Assembly (NCBI GenBank): GCA_950097015.1 | Contig: CATNEN010000002.1 | Coordinates: 8,804,001 to 8,868,000 of the forward strand | Length of the DNA stretch: 64,000 bases | Direction of reading: 5' to 3' | Source: Macrostomum hystrix | Taxonomy: Eukaryota > Animalia > Platyhelminthes | Part shown: piece after piece, positions 26,671 through 39,786 of the stretch | How the letters are laid out: each line of letters opens with the position of its first letter | Numbering within the stretch: position 1 is the stretch's first letter | Position numbers and translations under genes: made by a program | The notes under the pieces: generated by a model | Seen by the model: only the letters and a program-made list of their open reading frames with translations | Database searches by the model: none | Told to the model about the DNA's origin: nothing

Positions 26671-27669
26671 CTGTAGCCATGTCCCTCTGTCCACCATTGT
26701 TCACTGTGTCCTTCGACCACCAAACGTACATGCGTACTGTAAGTCTCTTCGCTCTGTACACTCTGCCTCTGCGTGTCTCTTGTTTGTTTATCGACCTTTT
26801 GTTAGCCATCGAGTTGCTTGAATTTCCGTTGTCACCCGAACTTGTTAATTGCAGAATTCTAGCACAGAGATCCAATTTATTATCAGACTCGTCACTGCCC
26901 TGTCTGCATACCGTGCACTCTTGCTGTTCTCAATATTCTGTCTCTGCCTCTGTTTAATGCAAAAAATGTGCAACAATGGCTTGTCATCTGACTTCAGCTA
27001 TGGCTCAGCATTGTTTGCTGTCTGTAATTTGTCACAGTTATATAAATTACAAAGTCGCAGAGCAAATGCACGCAAACTACTTCGCATTGTTACAAGTCGA
27101 GCACATCAAAATTACATTGCACTCACTCTACTGCTAATATCATAATTATTCGTAGCTCATGTTCTACTGATTATCATTACTAATGCTATTCAAATATAAA
27201 CCTGGCTCCATCTACAGCTTGCCGCCTGCTATCGGTTCGATGATAGACAAATAATCTAATGCAACTCTGCTTAATTCAATTTAACCTTGAAAATTCATTG
27301 CCCTACGCTCGTAGGTTCAGTTCCTCTTATTTTCGCGGGCCTGATACAGAGTCTGCTATAGCGGGGTAAAAAATCCCTACATGTTCGGGAAAATATAATT
27401 AACTTATCACCATCGGAAACAATCCTGCTGAATCATTTTTTTGAAGATTTCACTCCTCAGTGTTGACCCGACTCAACAAGACGCTGGGCTGGCTCCTTGA
27501 TCAAAGTGTATCCAAGCGGCTGACGGAGCTTATACCAGCCCCTCTAATTTCATCCGTGCATTCGCGGCTTCTGGGCGGCTTGTAATTGGGTCCTGTGAAT
27601 TCATTGAGGACCCCATGGCTTCTCACTTTATACTGCTCAGCCCTTTCTCATAACAAAAAACTGGGATAC

Positions 27670-27890
27670 GGTATCGCACACTCATTGGGCGCTGCCACGG
27701 AGAGAAGGCTTGGGGGCTTGTCGTGCAATTCGCGCCCTTGAGGGCCAACCTCCAAGGCACACTGAAGTGTAAACTTCCTGACGATGAGAAAGTCAGGGCA
27801 GATGTACACACCTGTGCGAGCGTATCCCTTCATGCGGTATCTGTATGCGTGCGTGTTCAGGAGTCAGCAAAATGGGCACTCATGCCATGA
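27670..27890 (+). mobile_element. SINE family B body without its head
   Basis: ggcttgtcgtgcaatt...gggccaacctccaaggcac...gatgagaaagtcagggcagatgtacac matches 54249-54345. Confidence 0.8.
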
Positions 27891-27892
27891 CG

Positions 27893-28075
27893 ACTCAGTC
27901 GGACTCACGACACAAAGGTTGGGGGTTCGATTCCTGACTACACCGCAACAATTTGTGTCCTTTAGCAATGCACTCAACTCTGAATTGCTTCAGTTCACCC
28001 AGCTGTTAAATGGTTGAACAGTGGTACGCAGCCTTCAGGTGCGCCGCGCAATAGCTGCGGCGGTACAACAGATGA
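27893..28075 (+). mobile_element. SINE family A, truncated and internally deleted copy
   Basis: gtcggactcacgac...ggggttcgattcc...gcttcagttcacccagctgttaaatgg matches 23881-24000. Confidence 0.8.
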
Positions 28076-29899
28076 AATTCTAACTCCTGACCTCTCAGCT
28101 TCCACGCTGAGACTTATATTTTAAAATAGTTTTCTCCTGATAAAAAGTACAAAGCTTTTTTAGATCGCGTGCCTCTATATTCTTAGATTGGGCCCGTTGA
28201 TGTGGCTAAGCTTTTATTAAAACAATAATCCGATAAGCCTAAAAAATCTGCTTAAATAGGAAAGCATCTCCAACCTGACAGGTAATCTGCAGTGATTGGC
28301 AGTTTTAATTGTGGGAATTTTCAAAAAATAAAGATTATAGACGAACTGATAGCGGCCCTTCTATCCTTCTACGCACCTGGAGCGGAGGTAGACAAAAAGA
28401 ACTGAAGGAGAAGGAGAGAGAGGGCTGGAGAAAGCAGGGCTGAAAGTGGTTTCAAAGCAGACAAGGTTGCCAACCTGATTGCCGTGCGGTTCTGCAGCCG
28501 ATTTTTTTTAAATCGCGGCCTCCCACCAGAATTTCATGCGTTTCTTCAAACTGGGCAACAGATTCATCATCTGGTCGGGAATCCGCCCACTGCTGGTTTT
28601 GTAAAAAATTATCATCATTATATTCTGCAGCAGACTTTTCATTGCAGCTTCCTGCAGCTGAAACTTCAAACGCGCGCATGCATGATGCATTGATAATAGT
28701 GAAGTTTTGCGGCAGGTCCAACACCTCCGATCGATTCATTAGTATTATTTTTCAGCTTACTGCTAATTCGTTTATATTTTCAAAGGACTCCCAAAGGCTT
28801 GTCAGACAGATCTGTCCTGATTTGAGGTCCCCGCTCGAATCTCAATTAGGCCAAAGCCGGGGGTAGGACTGACTCAAGTTCAGTTTAGAAAGACAAATTT
28901 TAAACACAAGACAGCGATCAATTACTAGAATTGTATCGGCGGTCGGCCTTCAAGGTGTGCCGACCCTGAGCTGCCTGTCCCAGATTTCAGATTCCACAGC
29001 TTTTCATCCAGCCCTCGCATTTATTATTATTTTTAAAAATCCCTACATTTCACTTCCCCGCAAATTGAGACTCGAGGAAATGCTTTTAGGCCTCCTCCTT
29101 GCAGGGATATTGAGCGAATCCCGATCCGCCTGGAATATCCCGAGTCGCGTGGCGAATCAATAATAATTGGGATCTTTTTGGGGGGCTGGCGACCGGATGG
29201 CGCGGAAAGGGCCCGGGACTCGATCCCCACTGGGAGGGGCGGAGAGAAAATGTGGAACAGGATCGAGTGGGGACTTGATTTAAATTTGATTACAGCATAG
29301 TATGTTTGCACATGTCTCTCAACGGCAAGATTGACTGATTGAGGGCAGTTCTCAAATTTGTATTTGAGCACAGTGCTCATGTGTTTGTTCACTCTCCCGA
29401 ATCGGATTGAGATATGAAACTTGCGGGGGAGACTGCGGCCAAGCCCAACTGTTTCAGGCCTAATTAACATCTGCAGGCCGTTTGTATTAATCCACTTTAA
29501 CTCATTTGTCAAGGCTGTGGGGACATTGCTCCAACAAGCTGTGCGAATCCCGTCCCTCTGCAGTTGACGTTTATTGCAACACTCGCTCGGGCCGGGGGCC
29601 AATGCCACGAACGAAAATTTGTCCAAAATCCCATTCTAGATTCGAGATCCTGTTTGCTCAAGGTGAAAAGTCAACAGCCGGGAGACCTGAAATCAGTGCG
29701 GCCTGACTGACAAGGCCTTGCGGAGTTGATTTTTCTCTGAGCCGAAAATTTGTTTTTATTAATTTTGAAGGCGACTCTACAGGGCTGAGAAGACAAGCGG
29801 CCCCGTAATCTGCTAATTACAGATTAACTGACCAAATCGACCCAGGACCTCTGCCAGATCTGTAAACAGCCCCTGCTACATACATGCATTTTAGCCATT

Positions 29900-32575
29900 T
29901 TAGCAATCCATTCCATTCCATCATCCACTGACTAGTCTAGCAATCCATTCCATTCCATCATCCACTGACTAGTCTAGCAATCCATTCCATTCCATCATGC
30001 ACTGACTAGTCTAGCAATCCATTCCATCCCATCATCCACAGACTAGTCTAGCAATCCATTCCATCCCATCATCCACAGACTAGACTAGCAATCCATTCCA
30101 TTCCATCATCCACAGACTAGACTAGCAATCCATTCCATTCCATCATCCACAGACTAGACTAGCAATCCATTCCATTCCATCATGCACTGACTAGACTAGC
30201 AATCCATTCCATTCCATCATGCACTGACTAGACTAGCAATCCATTCCATTCCATCATCCACTGACTAGACTAGCAATCCATTCCATTCCATCATCCACAG
30301 ACTAGTCTAGCAATCCATTCCATTCCATCATCCACTGACTAGACTAGCAATCCATTCCATTCCATCATCCACTGACTAGACTAGCAATCCATTCCATCCC
30401 ATCATCCACTGACTAGACTAGCAATCCATTCCATTCCATCATCCACAGACTAGACTAGCAATCCATTCCATTCCATCATCCACTGACTAGACTAGCAATC
30501 CATTCCATCCCATCATCCACTGACTAGACTAGCAATCCATTCCATCCCATCATCCACTGACTAGACTAGCAATCCATTCCATCCCATCATCCACAGACTA
30601 GACTAGCAATCCATTCCATTCCATCATCCACTGACTAGACTAGCAATCCATTCCATCCCATCATTCACTGACTAGACTAGCAATCCATTCCATCCCATTA
30701 TCCACTGACTAGACTAGCAATCCATTCCATTCCATCATCCACTGACTAGACTAGCAATCCATTCCATTCCATCATCCACAGACTAGACTAGCAATCCATT
30801 CCATTCCATCATGCACTGACTAGACTAGCAATCCATTCCATCCCATCATTCACTGACTAGACTAGCAATCCATTCCATCCCATCATCCACAGACTAGACT
30901 AGCAATCCATTCCATTCCATCTTCCACTGACTAGTCTAGCAATCCATTCCATTCCATCATCCACTGACTAGACTAGCAATCCATACCCTCAGCACCCAAT
31001 ACCCAGACCCAGACCCCAATGATCGGCTCCCAATCTTCTAGCAATCCATTCCATTCCATCATCCACAGACTAGACTAGCAATCCATTCCATTCCATCATC
31101 CACTGACTAGACTAGCAATCCATTCCATCCCATCATCCACTGACTAGACTAGCAATCCATTCCATCCCATCATCCACTGACTAGACTAGCAATCCATTCC
31201 ATCCCATCATCCACAGACTAGACTAGCAATCCATTCCATTCCATCATCCACTGACTAGACTAGCAATCCATTCCATTCCATCATCCACTGACTAGACTAG
31301 CAATCCATTCCATCCCATCATCTACTGACTAGACTAGCAATCCATTCCATCCCATCATCCACAGACTAGACTAGCAATCCATTCCATTCCATCATGTACA
31401 GACTAGACTAGCAATCCATTCCATCCCATCATCCACTGACTAGACTAGCAATCCATTCCATCCCATCATGCACAGACTAGACTAGCAATCCATTCCATTC
31501 CATCATCCACAGACTAGACTAGCAATCCATTCCATTCCATCATCCACAGACTAGACTAGCAATCCATTCCATCCCATCATTCACTGACTAGACTAGCAAT
31601 CCATTCCATCCCATCATCCACAGACTAGACTAGCAATCCATTCCATTCCATCTTCCACTGACTAGTCTAGCAATCCATTCCATTCCATCATCCACTGACT
31701 AGACTAGCAATCCATACCCTCAGCACCCAATACCCAGACCCAGACCCCAATGATCGGCTCCCAATCTTCTAGCAATCCATTCCATTCCATCATCCACAGA
31801 CTAGACTAGCAATCCATTCCATTCCATCATCCACTGACTAGACTAGCAATCCATTCCATCCCATCATCCACTGACTAGACTAGCAATCCATTCCATCCCA
31901 TCATCCACTGACTAGACTAGCAATCCATTCCATCCCATCATCCACAGACTAGACTAGCAATCCATTCCATTCCATCATCCACTGACTAGACTAGCAATCC
32001 ATTCCATTCCATCATCCACTGACTAGACTAGCAATCCATTCCATCCCATCATCTACTGACTAGACTAGCAATCCATTCCATCCCATCATCCACAGACTAG
32101 ACTAGCAATCCATTCCATTCCATCATGTACAGACTAGACTAGCAATCCATTCCATCCCATCATCCACTGACTAGACTAGCAATCCATTCCATCCCATCAT
32201 GCACAGACTAGACTAGCAATCCATTCCATTCCATCATCCACAGACTAGACTAGCAATCCATTCCATTCCATCATCCACAGACTAGACTAGCAATCCATTC
32301 CATCCCATCATTCACTGACTAGACTAGCAATCCATTCCATCCCATCATCCACAGACTAGACTAGCAATCCATTCCATTCCATCATCCACTGACTAGACTA
32401 GCAATCCATTCCATCCCATCATCCACTGACTAGACTAGCAATCCATTCCATTCCATCTTCCACTGACTAGTCTAGCAATCCATTCCATTCCATCATCCAC
32501 TGACTAGACTAGCAATCCATACCCTCAGCACCCAATACCCAGACCCAGACCCCAATGATCGGCTCCCAATCTTCT
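29900..32575. repeat. Minisatellite, 37-nt unit tagcaatccattccattccatcatccactgactagac, with a non-unit segment of about 58 nt present three times
   Basis: Tandem copies; segment ccataccctcagcacc...cccaatcttctag at 30981, 31712 and 32517. Confidence 0.97.
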
Positions 32576-33699
32576 AGGTAAATTGTCTCTCGCTGAAAAC
32601 TAAATTGCTTTCAAAAAGCCAGGCCTTTTGCCTTTTTGGGATCTGGAAAGACTGACGTTTCGGCTGCAGGCTCATCCCCCTGCTTGATCCCCATCTGAAG
32701 GGTTTAGCATCGCCGGTTTGAAAAACAAATTCAACCGCAAAGGAGGAGTGATAAGGTCGGCCCACCAGTTCCGCTCTGGGAAGAATTTTCCGGAGTGCCA
32801 GGATTTGGGATTTTTCGAAGGAGGTGGGGAGCTTTATCGTTGGGGAAACAAGACCGGGTGCGGCCCCTAGGCTCAGGTATATTGGGTTGGGTTTGATGGA
32901 GGGAAATTGTGATTAAAAACAATAAGCAAACAGGTACGGCGCCACCGGCTGCCCCAGCCAAGCCATTAAGAACTTTGGCATTGGGGCCGGCTGTAGAAGT
33001 TGCGGCCTATTTAAAAAAAAAGCAAGCAACCCCCGGACGGCAACAAGCCAGGCCGGCCAAGTTTTGGAGGACCTCGCGGAAATTGTCCGGGCTGCGTCTG
33101 AAATTTGCGGACCGTTTTAAAACAAAAACTGCTTTTGCCCTGTTTATTGAGGCGCATGAGGTCCACGGCCCCTTAAGGTCCCAAGCCCTGATAGCCCCAA
33201 CCCATGCGGCATCTCCGCCTCCCCTAACCCTGATTCCATTTCAGTAAAAATAAAATCGGCCTTTAATTGAAGCCCCAATCGCATTTTGGGCTCCGGAATC
33301 TAACAATCTGAAATGAATTTCGTGTAAGACAAAGTTTAAGTAAACCCGGAATAAACTCGGAAAGTTCACTTTGATTCCAGCAGTTTCATGAAAAAAAATT
33401 CTTTTCTAAGAATTCGAAAGTTCACGAGCGCCTGGGGCCCGGATTCTTGCTAGTAGTTTAACTCAAGTAGGACACTCAAGTATTACTATCAAGTAGGAGC
33501 TCAAAATAACTTAAAGTGATCGATTTTTCCATTCTATGCATTAATTTGCAGACTTCGCACTGTATGCTACTGATAGTAGTAATATTGCAGATGGTTAGGT
33601 TAGTCTCCAAAAGTTTAAACCGAACAGTAGAAACTGCTCAAATCCTTGGATTACTTAGACTGCGAGTCTGGAAACTGATCACTTCCTGAGAAAAGAAGC

Positions 33700-33855
33700 T
33701 CGTCATTCTCAGAAACTGATCACATCCTCAGAAACTGATCACATTCTCAGAAACTGATCACATCCTTAGATCACATCCTCAGAAACTGATCAAATCCTTA
33801 GATCACATCCTCAGAAACTGATCAAATCCTTAGATCACATCCTCAGAAACAGAAT
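33700..33855. repeat. Short degenerate tandem repeat (tcctcagaaactgatcacat-like)
   Basis: About 6-7 imperfect copies. Confidence 0.7.
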
Positions 33856-34144
33856 CCTAAAAAAACGCGAAAAGAGAAGCTTAAAGAATAGGTCAAACTC
33901 TATTGGGTTTTTTCTCTAAATGCTTTTTAGGTATTTCAGTGTCGACGTTTGAAGTGCGTGTATGTAAATTATTTCTTATTTGAATATACATTGGTGTTGC
34001 TGGCATAGGCAAAAATATTTAACTGCTTGACTGTGTTCCACGGTAGAAAAAGCTAAATAAAGCGTTTCGTCTCGTGGGTCAGTGTGTCGATTCGCCACTG
34101 CTGTGTGGCCAAGTTGATTCATGGATAGGTCCGGCAATGGCTAC

Positions 34145-34479
34145 CTAGGCTGCTGACTTCAGCCTCAACTGCAGCATATTCACCAGGTCCTGTACCGTTG
34201 GCTTCTCAACCGAATTAATTTCGGTTTCGTTGCTTCTGTTGCCGCTGAGGATGCGGCCTCTGCGACGGCTCGACACTGGCTTCCTTTGGTGATCACCTGA
34301 AGTGTCCAAATTCTGCTGCTGCAGCTGTTGCTGTCGCTGCGTTTGAGACAGCTCCTTGAAATCGAACGTAGCCCCAGAGGTCGTAGACTGACGGCGCTTC
34401 GAGTTGCAGTTTCTGGCACGAGCTGCAGGTAAATTGGCTTCGGTTCTGATTGGTGCTGCACCTGTTTCGCTAGCTGAAT
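34145..34479 (-). CDS. Unknown protein, exon 2 (DSASETG...LRLKSAA*)
   Basis: Acceptor TTAACAG|AT after a 30-nt intron; same frame as exon 1; stop TAG. Confidence 0.6.
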
Positions 34480-34509
34480 CTGTTAACATATGCTAATTTA
34501 TCCACTCAC

Positions 34510-35341
34510 CATGGTTGATCGGTTTCTTGAAAACTGGCTCATTGTTGATTCCGGCTGAGCTCCCCACCGACAGCGGCTGCTGAACAGTCAGGGCGCTTGC
34601 ACTGGGCCGACCACGCAAACTGATGGTAAAACCGTTGGTAGTTTCAAGTACACCGTGCCGACTTCGTCGAGGGGGAACTGCAGACGCAGCCGGATCGCCT
34701 GAAGTGAAAATTCGGGAAAAGTTTGCAGCAGCCGCGGCCTCCATCTCATTGTTTTCTACAGCTTCGTCTGCGTCACTCTCAGCATGCCTGCCTTTCTCAA
34801 CCTTCTCCGTCGTTTTTTGTCGAAGGGACGCCTTTGTTGTCGGCGCAATCAGCGCTGAAGGCATGATGACGCCGAAATTTGATGATGCATCGACAGAACT
34901 GGCCTGCGCCAGGGTTTGTTGACTATCAAGCTGCGGGTGAAGCCGAGCCTCGCAGGACTGACATTGAGATGCTGCTAGCCTCTTCAGAAGCGTTTTAACT
35001 TCGTCTAAGCGTGTCAGCACCTCAGCCGTTAAGCCATAGGTCGGCTGGTTGTCGATGCAGTCATTGCTACCCATGAGGTGCTGCTGCCGCAGCTCCGCTG
35101 TCACAGAGCACTGGTGACCTCGAAGCGCGCCGAATTCCGTCAAACTCTGGTTGCCAATTGGCGTTGCTACCAGGCTGGCCTGGTCATTTGGACCGTGTGT
35201 CATCGCGTCGTAGATGTATATCACTCGCTTCCTCTTGTCACTGTGCGGTCGGCTAATCATCGGATGAAGAAGCGCGGCATTCATCTCAACAGTCGCGGCT
35301 GCATCAGGGGAGCTACTCTTGCCGGACATCGGCTTTGACAT
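34510..35341 (-). CDS. Unknown protein, exon 1 (spliced product about 388 aa)
   Basis: GC-rich 282-aa ORF ending at CATG|GTGAGT (phase 1); no recognisable domain. Confidence 0.65.
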
Positions 35342-36135
35342 TAAGTGTCGACTTCGGTCTCAAAACCTATGGAGCGTTTGCCGCATTCGATTAGCCAACA
35401 AAGAATGGCGAAACGTATCGACTGCGGACTGAAACTTAATGTAGTCTATGGCCGATGGCCTAGCATGGTACACACGAAAACGTACGCAAATGCACACCAT
35501 GGACTTCTCTAGCTAGCATATAGATACTGTGGAAGATGCTAGCTAGAGAAGTCCGTGTGCACACTGATCTCATACGATATTTTCAATACATTAATTTTGC
35601 AACAAACAAGCCTTCCTCTCCGCTGCTGTGACCCAAGACTAATTTATAGCCTTGTCGATAATTCGAGCTCTAGTGAGAGTCCGCGTTACCACTCGCGTTT
35701 CGAATTTTTATGCGAAAATCTGTTAGATCATCATGTACCAATGATACGAATGGCGCATGTACCTTCTCTATACCTCTCACCCTTACCTCTCACGCACCTG
35801 TCACTCTACCTCCATTAGGAAATGCTAAAATTAGAAAAGGACTGCGCTATTACGACTTGGTTTTTAGTTTATTGTTTTATGTCATACGACATGAATTGCA
35901 ACAATAATGCGTTGGCTTCATAACATCTAGTAACTAATTTAAGTTCATGGTTTGCGCAACTTTGCCTGTGTCTATGGCATTCAAAAGCCAATGGAATTTA
36001 ACGACGTTTCCAAATGCACTCGATTATTTTATCCACATGCTGAAATGTCTCGCAAGGCTTTGGACAAAAAAACTGAGTAATTTAAGTGGGTTTGGACCTA
36101 GTCGTCCCTAGACTCGGTGTCTGGTCTGATTTGCG

Positions 36136-36633
36136 ATGGCGCAGCTGCAGGATGGAGTGAAGCGACCATGGGGCATGCTGGAGCCTCGCAATCTCTGTCC
36201 CAGAATTTTTCCAGATTTCGTTTTCGAATTGTATGACTCGGTGTACAGAATTGGCAGCGACAGAGAGAATGACATCATGCTGGTGGAGGACACCCGGGTC
36301 TGTCGCTACCATGGCTTTATCTTTCTGCACCGGGATGAAAGCAGTACTACCATGTGGTACTACGACCACAGCATCGCTGGCACCTTGATCAACTCGCAGA
36401 GGGTGCACAGTAGCTGGTACAATTTGCTCTACGGTGATTACATACACATTGGCTGGACAGCCGCGGAAGAGTCATCCAAGTTCACCACGCTGCGCATCTT
36501 CGGGCCCTATCCGCTGCCGCAGAACCCGCGAGCTGTGCGCAAAGTCAAACCGACCATCGACATCCCGATGTCGCCACCGCTGTTTGCTCTCTACGTCAAG
36601 GAGACCGAGCTGAACGAAAGCGGCAGAAAGTGA
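36136..36633 (+). CDS. Intronless FHA-domain protein, 165 aa, with degenerate phosphothreonine-binding residues
   Basis: FHA-like motifs YRIGS, VCRYHG, YYDHSIAGTLIN, LLYGDYIHIG; AATAAA at 36679-36684. Confidence 0.75.
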   Translation: MAQLQDGVKRPWGMLEPRNLCPRIFPDFVFELYDSVYRIGSDRENDIMLVEDTRVCRYHGFIFLHRDESSTTMWYYDHSIAGTLINSQRVHSSWYNLLYGDYIHIGWTAAEESSKFTTLRIFGPYPLPQNPRAVRKVKPTIDIPMSPPLFALYVKETELNESGRK

Positions 36634-39624
36634 ACTTTCATGGATCGAGTTCATTGGTGTTCAGAAAGACGTCATTTTAATAAATATTTTGACATCTCAG
36701 GAGCCAGTTAAAATGCCTTACATGTACAATTTTGGAGTCCCGTTTGATTGCCACACATTGGAGTACTCAAGCAATAAGTATGGCACCACCAAAGAATATA
36801 ACATAATATACTGTGGGCCCCATTGTCCAACCTCTTAATTAATGACTTGGTGTAAAATACATTTTTCCTACATTTTTGTCAACCAGATGGTAGACTGCAT
36901 GGGGATTTTACCGACCCCTCTGATCTCATTATCTTAATTGAAGCTACAGCTACAACAGAAATGAATGCTGCACTGTGCACTTGTAGCAGCTAGTGATGTG
37001 TTATAGATAAGATTCATTTTTGGCACACAAAAATTTCATTTCTCGCATAATTTATAGTTAAGTATGAAAATCAGGCGGACACCCTGTTTCCTGCTGTGGG
37101 TGGAAATCGACCCAATGTCATAATTGCACTAAAAAGCAACTCAAAGTCACAATCGCTTTTATAAAAATCGACGTAGCTTTTATCGGTCGGATATCCTAAA
37201 ATACAAATTTGAAGGAATTTGAACACTTGAAAATTTGAAGCGTCAAGACGATTTGCCACTATCGAAAGTCGGCTTACTACTTAGCTGGAAGATTGCGGCT
37301 CAATAGGTTATAGGGCTGAGGCTGCTCGACGAGCTACGGCAGATTATGGATGCGCGCGGTGGTAGCCCGGGGTCAAGTGCTCCTGCGGGCCCCTCGGCGT
37401 GGCGATGGGCGGGAGCCCCAAAGGCAGCCCCAAAGAACATAGTAGTTTATAGGAAAATAGGTGATTCAAACAAATCATTATAACCCAGATTTGCAGCCAG
37501 TCTTTCATTAGCGAAATTCTGTAGCAAATGTTTAAAAGTATCGCGTCTTAACCTTCTAAAGTAGGCAAAGCTATTGATGCATTGTCGACTAAAATACTTC
37601 TTAGAAAAAGAATCATCGAATGTTCAAATAGTGAAAATACAGGGCCCGCTATCTATGCTTATAATAACAAGGGAAAGCTAAGAAGCTGAATGAAGTTTAC
37701 GCGGCCGAGTACGAAGCGAAGATCAGAAGCTTTTAAGTACGGTCAATAATACTTATACCCACACGACACAGATTATCAATCATAGGCCTAGTTAAAGCCG
37801 ATCTTGGCACTTGACACTGCGATTTTCAATTCACTTTATTTTACTATATCATTAGGCGTTATACGCTACTATTGACTAAAAATGTTATTAAATATTGCAT
37901 ATTATTTAGGGTTGTAAAAAAATAAGTTTTTTGCATTGTGAGCCTTGCCATAGAGCCATATGGGCATTGTGTATTGGAAATTTTTGAGTTCTTTCAGAAA
38001 AGTTACTCTAAAGTGTTAATCAAGCAATCGAAATTCAGTCTTCGAAGCTATGAAAAGCTCTTGTTGCACAAATGCAAGTCAATAATGGCTAGCACAGTAG
38101 CTAAATTAATTTAAATATTGGAAGTTGCTTGATTCTCTCCAACTTACAAATACAAAGCTCATGTGGCATAGCTAACTAGCCTAGGCCTACTACTGGTTCT
38201 AGCTGGCTAAAAATTAGCCAAGGGTAGTTGCTAAATTAGTTACATCATATCTACCTAATAACTTGAGTATTCTTTGCAGGCCCTACTCATAGGCCTATTA
38301 AGTTATTAGAGCCTATCTAATATCTAAATTTGCATTGGCAACCATTTTTTTTGTAAATATGTATAAAAAAGAGTTAAAAATGTAGGATTAGGCCTACAGA
38401 CTAAATTTAAGGGCATACTTAGTTCTGTTGTTTTTATGGAATGAACTAGGCCTAGTGAACTAGAACCTAAATATCTGGATCAAAAACATTACATTTTGAA
38501 GATCTAATGTGTCCTATAGCAAGATCCCTCAAAAAGTTGTATTATAGCCACTGCAAACATAACTAAAAAACTGGATAATAATTTTAGAATTAAGCCTAGT
38601 CTTCATTTAAAAAGACTTCATAGGACTTGTAAGCTAGCTCGCCTCTGTTGCATCCACTGTTCTCTTGCATTTATTTTTGTTGTAGTAAGGTGTTGAAAAA
38701 ATTTGACATAGTAAGAATTCAAATAAAATTGTATTGATTATCCTGAGAGATTTATAATGAAGTTTTAAGATTGCCTACTAATTGTAGTTCTAGGGATATA
38801 CTGTTTAGACAATGACTTGGTGAAATTATTTTGCCTTGTTAGTATCTTTGGGAGTTTTTTTCTTAAGTTGCTAAGCTCTTAATTCATTATATATAGTACT
38901 TTGTTGCATATCATTAGGGCAATTAAAAAAACATGTGATACATTTGAAACTTTGCCTTTTTGCTTTCAAATAATATAAATATTTTTTGTATTATAAATGA
39001 TTTCTAAAATATGTTTTATAACAAAACAAGTAATTCTTCCTGCATAAAAGGAGGAAATTGTTCATCAGCAAAATCAACTTGCCAGTGCGGAATGCAAGCC
39101 AGCAATACAGTTGAGGAGAAGTAGAAAGTGATCTTGGAAGAAGTGTTCCAATGTGTTAGTTCTTTTCTCTGTTCGAGGTTTAGGTTGCACCCTCCAGTCC
39201 AGGTGAGCCCTGAGGACTGAGAGTGCGATACCAGTGAAAGCCCTAGAAGGAGACCGCTTGTGCTATAAAGAGTGGCTACCATTAGAGAAAGACCCGCGAA
39301 AGATAAGTATCGGGGAGTATACCTAAAGCATAGGGAAATACATGCTGAACTAAAAGAGAATGAAGGAGAAGATCGGCCTGAGTAATATGCTACTAAGAGA
39401 GAGAAAGAGTGATAAGCCCTGTTACAAACATTGATAATAGAACACGGTTAAAATAAAAGGGAACTACAATGCAATAAAAAAGAACTCTATTTTTTGTTTG
39501 GCTAGCTATATACATTATTCTATGATGTTGTTATTCTATAACAATTTTTTAAAAAATGTTGACAAACAAATTTGCAGCACAGTGAAGACCTAAGTAAGGC
39601 ATCAGTAAGTGTATCAGCTACAGC

Positions 39625-39707
39625 ATGGACATTCCAACTAAGCTAAGGATAGCTGTGGTCTGTAGCAGCAATCAGAATCGCAGCATGGAGGCTCACGATT
39701 TTCTTAG
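39625..39707 (+). CDS. SSU72: RNA polymerase II CTD phosphatase SSU72, exon 1
   Basis: MDIPTKLRIAVVCSSNQNRSMEAHDFL contains the CX5R catalytic motif; donor AG|GTAAGC (phase 2). Confidence 0.95.
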
Positions 39708-39786
39708 GTAAGCACTTTATTAATGTATAGTCTTTATCCCTGACCATTGTACAACTAAGACCCATATCAATTTTCCACCGATTCAG

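Noticed and set aside
37325-37440. Isolated GC-rich patch
   Set aside because: No ORF, RNA motif or second copy recognised; cannot be assigned
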